Shown one piece after another: positions 21,001 through 28,550 of a DNA stretch of 64,000 nt. Source of the DNA: Bacteroidetes bacterium UBA6063 (GTDB taxonomy: Bacteria; Bacteroidota; Bacteroidia; NS11-12g; UBA9320); assembly GCA_002428905.1 (NCBI GenBank), contig DIYD01000106.1, positions 5,921-69,920 on the forward strand, in the 5' to 3' direction. The notes under the pieces are model-generated. The model saw only the letters and a program-made list of their open reading frames with translations, was not told where the DNA came from and did not search any database. The first letter of the stretch is position 1, and each line of letters begins with the position of its first letter. The position numbers and the translations under genes are program-made.

Positions 21001-21953
21001 TGGACACCATAACGATCAGACTTCATCATACGGCAAAACCGCTTCTTCCCAGAGATACAATACTCTGCGATAAAAAGTCGCTGTGGCTCGATGCTTCGAT
21101 ACCCGGAAATCACAATGCTTACGAATGGAATACTGGAGATAGTGCAGCTTCCATTGAAGTAAGAACGGATGGACTATATTCTGTGCTCATCCGTAATTAC
21201 TGCCAATCACTACATGCACATTCTACCGTGCGGTTTAGGTCATCACCAAGATCATCACTGCCACAAATACTGACCTTTTGTGACTCTATTACCCCTACCG
21301 AGATAAAAGTTGGACAGAAAAACAACGATGAAGTATACCTGTGGTCGACCGGAGATACGTCTCATTCCGTAGCGATTGACGAAATTCAGAGCTATTGGGT
21401 AAAAATATCAAATGGTTGCGGTTCAATCATAGATAGCACAAGGGTAAAGATTTCAAAATCACCAATCGTCTCACTTGACAAAGACACCGCACTTTGCGGT
21501 AAATTCCAGTATGAACTGGACGCCGGAAATCCCGGAATGCACTATTTATGGCACCCTACAGGGGAACGCTCTCAGATCATTTATGCCAACAAACAGCAGA
21601 AATACCATGTTGAGGTAACCAATGAGGACGGCTGTACGGCAACCGACTTCATAGAATTTACGCGAGATTGCATTTCAAGCTTCTACGTGCCAACCGCCTT
21701 CAGCCCAAATAATGACGGACTCAATGATGTTTTCCGACCAAGGTACGTTCAAAACGTGGATCAATATCAAATGGAGATCTTCAATCGCTGGGGTGAGCGA
21801 TTGTTTTCAAACACAGATACAGGTACTGGTTGGGATGGAACCTACCAGGGTATTGACTGCCCCATGGGCACTTATACCGTGTTAATCCACTACTATGACT
21901 ATGAAAAGAGAAGGTTTGAACGATACCAAACCAGGGTAGTACTGCTCCGATAA
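18078..21953 (+). CDS. Giant cell-surface adhesin-like protein with about ten tandem ~75-aa repeats and a T9SS type-B (gliding-motility-associated) C-terminal domain
   Basis: Signal peptide. Repeats are marked by Y.W(S/N)TGD(T/S) (YQWSTGDTSKN, YRWSTGDTTAY, YFWNTGSNDPF, YYWNTGDSTPN, YEWNTGDSAAS, YLWSTGDTSHS ...) with conserved Cys pairs. The C-terminus (YVPTAFSPNNDGLNDVFRP...IFNRWGERLF...GWDGTYQG...GTYTVLIHYYD) fits the CHU_C / TIGR04131 pattern. Confidence 0.8.
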   Translation: MINRPNLRLCHSTWSFATILILLVCTKSFGQKQANIWYFGDKAGLDFNHTPPKALLNSEMKSYNGSASIADVHGQLLFYTNGSTVYDKRHEIMENGTGLYGYGSSGAYRDSNTWGQSAVIVPRPGFINRYYIFTVGGRGAHYSEVDLSRNNGNGSIVSKNQPLISRMGYRFRTIGATSHSNRRDYWVCYLDKDSVIKSFLVNSQGVQHNPVISTLNDLLYRALTTSYMKFTSDNRLVAYHLWTYHGSNRGVNLHHFDDKTGKFSKGFRLKLWSSFGGLEFSPNSNYLYIGSFQYDVSTFDSQLVMQSGKNIFHDYWRHRGHPYATATNSSTKQLGPDGKIYFTFNCGSCTRISYLANPNERVPDCGSLYADTINLTRYAWRNFPTFLQTYINPFFYVKGTCLGDTAWFMVSETEGLDSLTWHFGDSTSITRTALDTIIQGHVYKKAGIYDIKTIYHFKDNSDTAINNVVIRDYLATGNFLGDDLDKCRGDSLQLNVDHWTFERYQWSTGDTSKNIVVDSPGLYWIRLFPENKCFYTDTIRITDYPNDEIPDGLHLAEDLNKCSYDTIDLIPQESFKRYRWSTGDTTAYVQTTDSGTFVLTGYNHNRCFSKDTIHIGWFPDAHPNLGPDSNYCSSVVTRVRVGDLNVPFDTYFWNTGSNDPFIHTDTSGEYVLKVSNEFGCVGLDTVQVSFVSRAPEIRLGDNRQFCDSLPQDSFLTVENTGGKASYGWHDHSTDSSRLFDGTGLYKVYAWNGCGITSDSVFIRLLKKPEVSFESSLDSIFCDTVLFTLKPNVQGDSLGYYWNTGDSTPNLFVDEPGVYQVNAFNLCGIDSARMQLQLVRTPLTNDIPDTALCTPLNHMIGVQLDSFSTIRWYHNGLNIADSDSVSITSSGVYTYHIENYCGAYRDTLNVREIDIPSVQLGPDIDSCDSLSVVLQVGDSTNNENYQWSTSHTSSTINITQPGTYWVRASNTCGTDMDTITIRLHHTAKPLLPRDTILCDKKSLWLDASIPGNHNAYEWNTGDSAASIEVRTDGLYSVLIRNYCQSLHAHSTVRFRSSPRSSLPQILTFCDSITPTEIKVGQKNNDEVYLWSTGDTSHSVAIDEIQSYWVKISNGCGSIIDSTRVKISKSPIVSLDKDTALCGKFQYELDAGNPGMHYLWHPTGERSQIIYANKQQKYHVEVTNEDGCTATDFIEFTRDCISSFYVPTAFSPNNDGLNDVFRPRYVQNVDQYQMEIFNRWGERLFSNTDTGTGWDGTYQGIDCPMGTYTVLIHYYDYEKRRFERYQTRVVLLR
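19560..21660 (+). repeat. About ten tandem in-frame repeat units of ~220 nt (~75 aa) inside the adhesin gene
   Basis: Periodic recurrence of codons for Y.W(S/N)TGD(T/S) near 19590, 19811, 20030, 20255, 20470, 20690, 20905, 21120, 21340 and 21545. Confidence 0.7.
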
Positions 21954-21983
21954 TCTTTATGTTCACTCCAGGCGTGCAAGTAT

Positions 21984-23642
21984 TTACTCATTTGAAAATG
22001 GGTTTTCGTACGTCTGTTCCTCTATAATTTTCTCGGTTATTAGTGCATAGATGAACTCGCCCAAAGGCAAATAATGTCGTTCCCTTAAATCGCGGATTAA
22101 TAAAGACCTGACATAGGCAATTACATGAGGGTCGCACGTATACGCCGTATCCCCCTGTGAAGTCAATTGCCAACATGGTAGTTTGCCATGGTAGTAACCA
22201 ACGTCACCAATCAGAAGTGTCAACTGCATACTATCGTTGTTGGTGTTTATCAATGTACATTGAAGACTGTCGAAATACCTTGGACTTCCTTCCTGGACTC
22301 GTATACTCTTCATTACCCTGTGCACAAAGCTTGAGTCCAAATGCTCAAGCGTCTTTTTGTAATTCGTAAAATAGTGATGAGCTAAATTTATATCAGAACT
22401 TTTGTCGTACCCTCTGAACTTCCTGTCGCGAAAACGCCGTCTCTCGCTGCTTAAAAGTGTTTCAAAATTAGCGTAGTCCTCATCGTCGAAACGCAATGGA
22501 TACTTTCGAAATACCTCATCCTGATTCAAGTGGAAAGAAGTCAATAGATCCTTTAGCGTATCTTGATGGAAGATTTTGGTCCCATTGTCCAGTTGTAGCT
22601 CTTTTGCACGCGCTGGAGTTATAACGTACGTATTGAAATCCCCCTCATACGCACTGGATGTAGCCCACGGCCCCCATCCAATTCGATCATACGTTCTGGA
22701 ATCCACTAAAATGGTACCAACCGGATAAACCAGAAATGAATCGATATGCTCCTGTGTTAGCTTACCCGTAGGTCGTCTCACCGGAGTTCTAGCCTCCTGT
22801 TTTTCAAACTCCCTCACGAGGGCAAGAGATTCTGAAAGGACAAAATAACGGTTTCTGATTCCCTCTAGATACCACTTCTCTGTACTTCGATGGAATTGAA
22901 ATGATTTCACTGGTAAATTGAACTGTTCCCACTCAATTTCACCTAAATACGATACACAGATGTGACCTGTTTGGTTTATCAGAATTACCGTATCTGCACA
23001 TGCAACCTGGTTGATCATCAACCCATAGGGCTTTTTCGGATTATCTATGCTGAAAATGCCCTGATCGTATGGCGTGGGCAACACGCGATATGTACTCCAA
23101 TTATCATCGGTTATTGCAAGTGTATTATGCATTCCCCCTGCTACACCATGCAATGAGTCTCGCATAGAAATAGTAGTGATCTTTGAAGCCACGTCAAAAG
23201 GAGAGTTAATAGCCACCCAGGATACTCCTAAATCCGGCGAATAGTAGATTCTGTTGTTTGAAGCCACCATCCATACTCTACCGTTAGCGTCATTATCCAG
23301 ATCATATATCATCGCGGTATTATGTTCTGAAAATTCTTCAGAAGACCAGTTTTCTCCTCCATTTAAGGTTTTAAATAGATGGGGAATCCAATGTCGGTTC
23401 GTTCTGTTTTCTACATAACCAATAGCTAATATTGTGTCATTATTTACTTCTGTAAACCGGCACCAGGTGTTATGGTCAATGCCGGGATATTGACGCTCTA
23501 TACTATTTACGACATCTTGTCTCGTCCAAATCGATATTGAGTCTTGTGCGCAACTACAAACAGGACCAAATCCCAATAAAAAAAGAAGGGGAAACACCCC
23601 TGCCAGGTGCAAAAGATGGTATTTTGGACCTTTCCTTTTCAT
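21984..23642 (-). CDS. Exported BNR/Asp-box-repeat protein
   Basis: Signal peptide MKRKGPKYHLLHLAGVFPLLFLLGFG. BNR-like motifs TLNGGENWSS and YYSPDLGVSWVAI. No T9SS CTD is evident. Confidence 0.5.
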   Translation of the reverse strand: MKRKGPKYHLLHLAGVFPLLFLLGFGPVCSCAQDSISIWTRQDVVNSIERQYPGIDHNTWCRFTEVNNDTILAIGYVENRTNRHWIPHLFKTLNGGENWSSEEFSEHNTAMIYDLDNDANGRVWMVASNNRIYYSPDLGVSWVAINSPFDVASKITTISMRDSLHGVAGGMHNTLAITDDNWSTYRVLPTPYDQGIFSIDNPKKPYGLMINQVACADTVILINQTGHICVSYLGEIEWEQFNLPVKSFQFHRSTEKWYLEGIRNRYFVLSESLALVREFEKQEARTPVRRPTGKLTQEHIDSFLVYPVGTILVDSRTYDRIGWGPWATSSAYEGDFNTYVITPARAKELQLDNGTKIFHQDTLKDLLTSFHLNQDEVFRKYPLRFDDEDYANFETLLSSERRRFRDRKFRGYDKSSDINLAHHYFTNYKKTLEHLDSSFVHRVMKSIRVQEGSPRYFDSLQCTLINTNNDSMQLTLLIGDVGYYHGKLPCWQLTSQGDTAYTCDPHVIAYVRSLLIRDLRERHYLPLGEFIYALITEKIIEEQTYENPFSNE

Positions 23643-23661
23643 TCTATGGGGTAGACGGTCA

Positions 23662-25302
23662 CTACAGTTTAACGACTCTTCGACTCACAATTTGGTTGCT
23701 TGTGTGGATACGGACTACGTAAATGCCTGGGTCTAGATCACTAAGTCGGAGAGAATAGCTAGTATCAACAGGATCCTGCTGTGTGTGCAATACGGATTCT
23801 CCATTAAGTGTTAAAACATCTATGGTAATTGTACGTTCATTAACCACCGTTTCCAGTGTTAGTGTGAGATGTTCATATGCTGGGTTTGGATAGATATGCC
23901 AGAAGTCGTCTTTAACCAACGCCCCCTGGCTCAGAAGAGCTGGGTTCACAATCCAATAAACGGCTCCGGAACTATTCTGTAGATTGGCACCTACTAAATC
24001 GAATGACTCCCCCGGTGCTCCTGTTATTATTGTGTTGCCGTTAAAGTCTACAGATCGTCCGAAGTTGGCCTCTCTGGTTTTGCGATCTGGTGCCACAAGC
24101 TTAACAACTTCCAACCAATCACCAGCGGCATCGCGCTCAAAGACATATACAGAGCCTGCACCTTCAATGAAGTTGCCTCCGGTTTCATCCTGATCTTCGA
24201 ATGTTGACCCAATAACTATGCGACGTCCCTTTACGCGTACAGATTGTGCAAAAACATCGTTGGCCTCCCGATCAGACGGGACGAGTTTCTGGACTTCAAC
24301 CCAGTGGTCCTGGTCGTCACGTTCAAAGACATATGCAGAGCCCGCAAAACGCAAAGTGTTTTGCCCTGATTCATCTTCTGTTTCACCTGAGGCTCCGATC
24401 ACCGCATAACGATTGTTCACAGAAACGGATGTACCGAATAAGTCTTGATTTGAACGATCGGATGCAACGAGCTTCTGTGTTTGAACCCAGGTACCCAAAG
24501 AGTTCTTTTTAAATACGTAGACAGAACCCGAATTGGGTTTGAAGTTTTGACCGTTATCATCTTCATCCTCTTGTGCTGCTGAAACAAAAATAAAGTCACC
24601 AGAAATTGATGTTTCGGCGCCAAAGAAATCATCCTCTCCACGATCGGAAGCAACTAACTTTTGTGTCTCTACCCAGTTCCCGTTACCGTCTCTACTAAAC
24701 ACATAAACCGATCCGGCATTGGATACAGCATCTTGACCACTTTCGTCATGATCTTCACCCGTAGCTCCAATAACAATGTGATCAGAACTAATCGACACTG
24801 AGCCTCCAAAAAAGTCGGAAATAGACCGATCGGAAGGAGTTAGTTTTTGTGATTCTACCCAATTCCCATCATTATTCCGAATAAAGACATAAACGGAACC
24901 CGCATTGTTTAGGGTATTTTGTTGATTTTCATCCTCACCTTCTGTCCAGGCACCTACAACTGCTATATCACCATAAATCATGCAAGCAGTCCCAAACGCA
25001 TCATTTTGAGTACGGTCCGAAGCAACGAGCTTATTGGACAATACCCAGATGCCGTTTTCATCTCGCTCATAGATATATGCTGCACCTGCGTTTTCCGCAG
25101 CATTCTGTCCATCTGCGTCCGTGTCTTGAAATGGAGTAGATACTATGGAATGATCGCCACTGATTGCAACACGATGACCAAATCGATCTCCTGCAGAACG
25201 ATCTTGAGCAACCATTTTGCTCGTCTCATACGTACTCCAATCCTGGCCATATGAAAACAACGAAATCAGGCAGATGATTGTGAGAATGGCACCCTTCTTC
25301 AT
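23662..25302 (-). CDS. FG-GAP-like repeat beta-propeller protein with a T9SS type-A CTD
   Basis: Six or more ~50-aa repeats of the form VASDR..D.FG.SVSI.GD.IV.GA...D..G.NAGS.YVF.R...G.WVE.QKL. The C-terminus (WHIYPNPAYEHLTLTLE...GIYVVRIHTSNQIVSRRVVKL) fits the T9SS CTD. Confidence 0.7.
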   Translation of the reverse strand: MKKGAILTIICLISLFSYGQDWSTYETSKMVAQDRSAGDRFGHRVAISGDHSIVSTPFQDTDADGQNAAENAGAAYIYERDENGIWVLSNKLVASDRTQNDAFGTACMIYGDIAVVGAWTEGEDENQQNTLNNAGSVYVFIRNNDGNWVESQKLTPSDRSISDFFGGSVSISSDHIVIGATGEDHDESGQDAVSNAGSVYVFSRDGNGNWVETQKLVASDRGEDDFFGAETSISGDFIFVSAAQEDEDDNGQNFKPNSGSVYVFKKNSLGTWVQTQKLVASDRSNQDLFGTSVSVNNRYAVIGASGETEDESGQNTLRFAGSAYVFERDDQDHWVEVQKLVPSDREANDVFAQSVRVKGRRIVIGSTFEDQDETGGNFIEGAGSVYVFERDAAGDWLEVVKLVAPDRKTREANFGRSVDFNGNTIITGAPGESFDLVGANLQNSSGAVYWIVNPALLSQGALVKDDFWHIYPNPAYEHLTLTLETVVNERTITIDVLTLNGESVLHTQQDPVDTSYSLRLSDLDPGIYVVRIHTSNQIVSRRVVKL

Positions 25303-25306
25303 AGCC

Positions 25307-26578
25307 TTAATGCTTAATCACGGACAGCTTACGCATAGTAGGCTTGTATCCCGATGCTTCTATGGTTAAAAAATAAAGCCCTGGTTTAGCATTTATTTCC
25401 AGCACAACCTGATCGGCTTGCTCGTATTCTTGAATACTTATTCGTTTGCCCTCCAGGTCGCGGACCAGAACACGTATGTTATCCAACACATCTTCAAACT
25501 CCAGCGTTACACTTCCCGCAGCAGGGTTAGGATAAAGCATTAACCCCACCGGATCAATCTGCAGCGCCTTATCGTCAACATTCAACGTGGCAAGTTCTAA
25601 CTTGCTTAAACTACCATCTGCGGTGAGAACCCATAGCGTAGAGTCGTTCTGCTTCGTTAACCCCAGCACTTCGTTTGAAGGCAAATTGGATTTCTGACTA
25701 TCGTAAATGGTTAGATTTCCTGAAGCCCCCCGTACTAAGCCTTTATCGGTTCCCAACCAGTACGAATCCTGACCAACCAATTCAATTGAAGTAATCTGGT
25801 CTGAAGGAAGACCACTATTGGTTTCGTTCATTACTTTCGTTTTTATCTGCTGACCCGGAAAGCCCGTCAAATCAGTAATGTAAAGACCTTTGTCGGTTCC
25901 ATAATAAGACAAATCACCCCAATTGGCACTACTTAACACAATGTTGCTTGGTATTGGAGAATTGCTTTGGTTAAAGGTGGTTATCTGATTGGCTTGCGGA
26001 ACCCAGAGTATGTTTCCGTTCCCAGTAGCGGACACAAGGAAATCAGGATTACTCCCTATGCGTTCGGAGTGAATATTATTGATACGCGCGGTCGAGCCAT
26101 TGGGTGTGATTTCTTTCCATTGACTAAACGATCCACCATTTGTTCGGTAAATTAGTTTGCCGTTGTCCGTTCCATACAACGTATCTACCTGCGGTCTTAT
26201 CAATATTGCCGTTATCGCATTGTAGTTTAATGACAGCGGTTGATGTAATGGTGCAATCTTACCATTGTATAATCGATACAGCCCTTTTTTATCTGTGCTG
26301 AATACTACCCCTGATTCATGTGCACTAATCGCTACTACTTCTGACGACGAAAGTCCATCGGATGAGTCGATTAAATCCCAGACTCCATTCTCGTAGCGTA
26401 TTATGCCTTTATCGGAACCAATGAAGATCTCGCCTGAATTGGACGCTATGCAATTGAATCGGGTTCCAAAATCACCTGGTATGCTGTGTATTTCAAAGTC
26501 TTGTGCATCACAATGTAAACTATAAAATGCGTTGGCTAATACAACGACAAGCACCATAAATCGTTTTTGTGTTCTCAT
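25307..26578 (-). CDS. Secreted two-component-regulator-propeller (Reg_prop)-like beta-propeller protein with a T9SS type-A CTD
   Basis: Signal peptide. Repeated motifs IFIGSDKGIIRYENGVW, YYGTDKGLYITD and YWLGTDKGLVRGASGNLTIYD fit the Reg_prop pattern (W.GT..GL). The C-terminus (LMLYPNPAAGSVTLEFE...GLYFLTIEASGYKPTMRKLSVIKH) fits the T9SS CTD. Confidence 0.65.
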   Translation of the reverse strand: MRTQKRFMVLVVVLANAFYSLHCDAQDFEIHSIPGDFGTRFNCIASNSGEIFIGSDKGIIRYENGVWDLIDSSDGLSSSEVVAISAHESGVVFSTDKKGLYRLYNGKIAPLHQPLSLNYNAITAILIRPQVDTLYGTDNGKLIYRTNGGSFSQWKEITPNGSTARINNIHSERIGSNPDFLVSATGNGNILWVPQANQITTFNQSNSPIPSNIVLSSANWGDLSYYGTDKGLYITDLTGFPGQQIKTKVMNETNSGLPSDQITSIELVGQDSYWLGTDKGLVRGASGNLTIYDSQKSNLPSNEVLGLTKQNDSTLWVLTADGSLSKLELATLNVDDKALQIDPVGLMLYPNPAAGSVTLEFEDVLDNIRVLVRDLEGKRISIQEYEQADQVVLEINAKPGLYFLTIEASGYKPTMRKLSVIKH

Positions 26579-26785
26579 AACTGGTCTTTTCTTAAAAGCA
26601 GCAAGTTCTGAGCGGGAAGAGCAACTTGCGCAATGTCTTTGACCAAGGCTTCAAATCTGGTGACCATTGTTAAACCTGAGATTAAGATTACGTATAGCAC
26701 AAATTCGTGTAAGAATTATACGCATTGGTCAAATGCCATCCACCGATTCGTGTGCTTTTCTTGTATCTTGACCGCTTAAAGGTTT

Positions 26786-27811
26786 TTGCAGAGATTGAGT
26801 AAGTACTTATCCAAACGATTCATCAGGAACTTGATTTTTTGGCTGGCATTATGCGTTATCGTAGGGCTTCAGATGGTGGCTAAAAACAACAATCATGGGG
26901 TAAATGCGCTGTTTCGCCTAGCGTATGTTTTTGCTTTCGGAGTGCCAATATATACGAACAACCTTTGGGCGATCCCACGCATTTTGTATCGGTTTAAAAG
27001 GGGATTGTACGCACTGGTGTTTATTTCTATCTGGGTACTCGGAACATTCTTTGCCCAACAGGTTCATGTTCAAATGGAATTATTGTTCCCGGAAGATTAC
27101 AGTGATTTTGCTTTGGCTTCCAACACCTTTGCCTCGCAATTCACCCATCTTGGAAGTCTGATGATTTTGTTTTCAATGGCCAGGTTTTCTACCGACAGTT
27201 TTGTTCGGCAGCGGAAACTTGAAGTATTAGAGAAAGAAAAGCTGCAGAGTGAACTGGATAGTCTTCGAAATCAAATAGACCCGCACTTCTTGTTCAATGC
27301 GTTGAATACCATATTTAGCCTTTCACGTCATATGGATCCCAAAACGCCTAGCGCAGTTTCTGACTTATCTTCTATTCTTCGTTACGTCATTTATGACAGT
27401 CAGACGAGGTTTATGCCGCTCGAAAACGAGATTGCTTTTCTTCGAAACTACCTGGATTTTATGAGCCTGAGAAAAGACTCTACGTTTCAAATCAATTTAG
27501 ACATTTCCGGAGATATACGTGGATATGAAATTCCGCCCTTGATACTCTTACCCCTGATTGAAAATGCGTTCAAACATGGGATCAATGAGTTGACCCAGAA
27601 AACAAGTTTAGATATTCAGATTGGGGTACACAATGACCAGCTATCGTTCCAGTGCATTAACAGTAAACCAACGGTTAAGGTAACGGAGCAACAGGGCATC
27701 GGGCTTGAAAATATTAGAAAAAGGTTAAGGCTGATTTATGGAGACCGTGCCGCTTTATCCATTGAAGACAAGGTAGACCAATTTCAATCTAAGATTACAA
27801 TAGAATTATGA
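26786..27811 (+). CDS. LytS/YehU-type sensor histidine kinase
   Basis: N-terminal transmembrane helices, then the His_kinase (PF06580-type) motif DPHFLFNALNTIFSL and a HATPase region (LILLPLIENAFKHG, GIGLENIRKRL). The track start is TTG; it was kept because the next in-frame ATG would delete the first transmembrane helix. Confidence 0.75.
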   Translation: MQRLSKYLSKRFIRNLIFWLALCVIVGLQMVAKNNNHGVNALFRLAYVFAFGVPIYTNNLWAIPRILYRFKRGLYALVFISIWVLGTFFAQQVHVQMELLFPEDYSDFALASNTFASQFTHLGSLMILFSMARFSTDSFVRQRKLEVLEKEKLQSELDSLRNQIDPHFLFNALNTIFSLSRHMDPKTPSAVSDLSSILRYVIYDSQTRFMPLENEIAFLRNYLDFMSLRKDSTFQINLDISGDIRGYEIPPLILLPLIENAFKHGINELTQKTSLDIQIGVHNDQLSFQCINSKPTVKVTEQQGIGLENIRKRLRLIYGDRAALSIEDKVDQFQSKITIEL

Positions 27812-28515
27812 ATCTCATTCGGTGTCTTGTGGTTGACGATGAGCCCCTGGCAAGACGTGTTTTGTTGGATTATATCGAGACCTCACCCATTCTTGAACTC
27901 TGTGGTGAATGTTCCAATGCTTTGGACGCCTATTCCAAACTATGCAACCAAAAAATTGATCTATTATTTCTCGACATAAAGATGCCGGTGTTATCCGGTA
28001 TTGATTTAATTAAAAGCCTCAAAGACAGACCTGAATTCGTTATAACATCCGCATACTCACAATATGCCGTCGAAAGTTATGAAATTAATGCCCTGGACTA
28101 TTTGCTTAAACCGATAACCGAAGAGCGCTTCAATAAATCCATCGACCGCTATTTGCGCACAAAGCACCATGCACCGCATAAAGAGTCGCGGTCTATTTTT
28201 ATTCAAACGGTAAATGGTAAAGTACAGATTCAGCTTGGCCAGATCAGGTGGGCAAAGGCCATGCAAAACTACATTCGGGTTGTAACTGAAACCGAGGTCT
28301 ATGTGATGCACCGAACTATGAAGTCACTTGAATCAATTCTCCCCAAAGACAGCTTTATCCGTGTTCACCGCTCATTCATTGTAAACTCCAGATATGTAGA
28401 GCGCATAACTTCTTCAGAGTTACACCTAAAGGAACGCATTGTTCCAATTGGTGTGAGTTACAAAAAACGTGTACAGATGTTCTTTGGCCAGCGTCGATTT
28501 ATAGACGGAGTCTAG
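27808..28515 (+). CDS. LytTR-family response regulator
   Basis: Receiver domain (LVVDDEPLARRVLLDYI...LFLDIKMPVLSGIDL) followed by a LytTR DNA-binding domain (VQIQLGQIRWAKAMQNYIRVVTETEVYVMHRTMKSLE...FIRVHRSFIVN). An ATGA overlap with the kinase stop implies translational coupling. Confidence 0.85.
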   Translation: MNLIRCLVVDDEPLARRVLLDYIETSPILELCGECSNALDAYSKLCNQKIDLLFLDIKMPVLSGIDLIKSLKDRPEFVITSAYSQYAVESYEINALDYLLKPITEERFNKSIDRYLRTKHHAPHKESRSIFIQTVNGKVQIQLGQIRWAKAMQNYIRVVTETEVYVMHRTMKSLESILPKDSFIRVHRSFIVNSRYVERITSSELHLKERIVPIGVSYKKRVQMFFGQRRFIDGV

Positions 28516-28550
28516 ATCTGTGTTGTCCTACTCGAGTGTTTGTCAAGCGA

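Noticed and set aside
23640-23642. Possible off-by-one in my manual indexing of the BNR gene start codon.
   Set aside because: The track coordinates are internally consistent in length and frame, so I kept 21984-23642.
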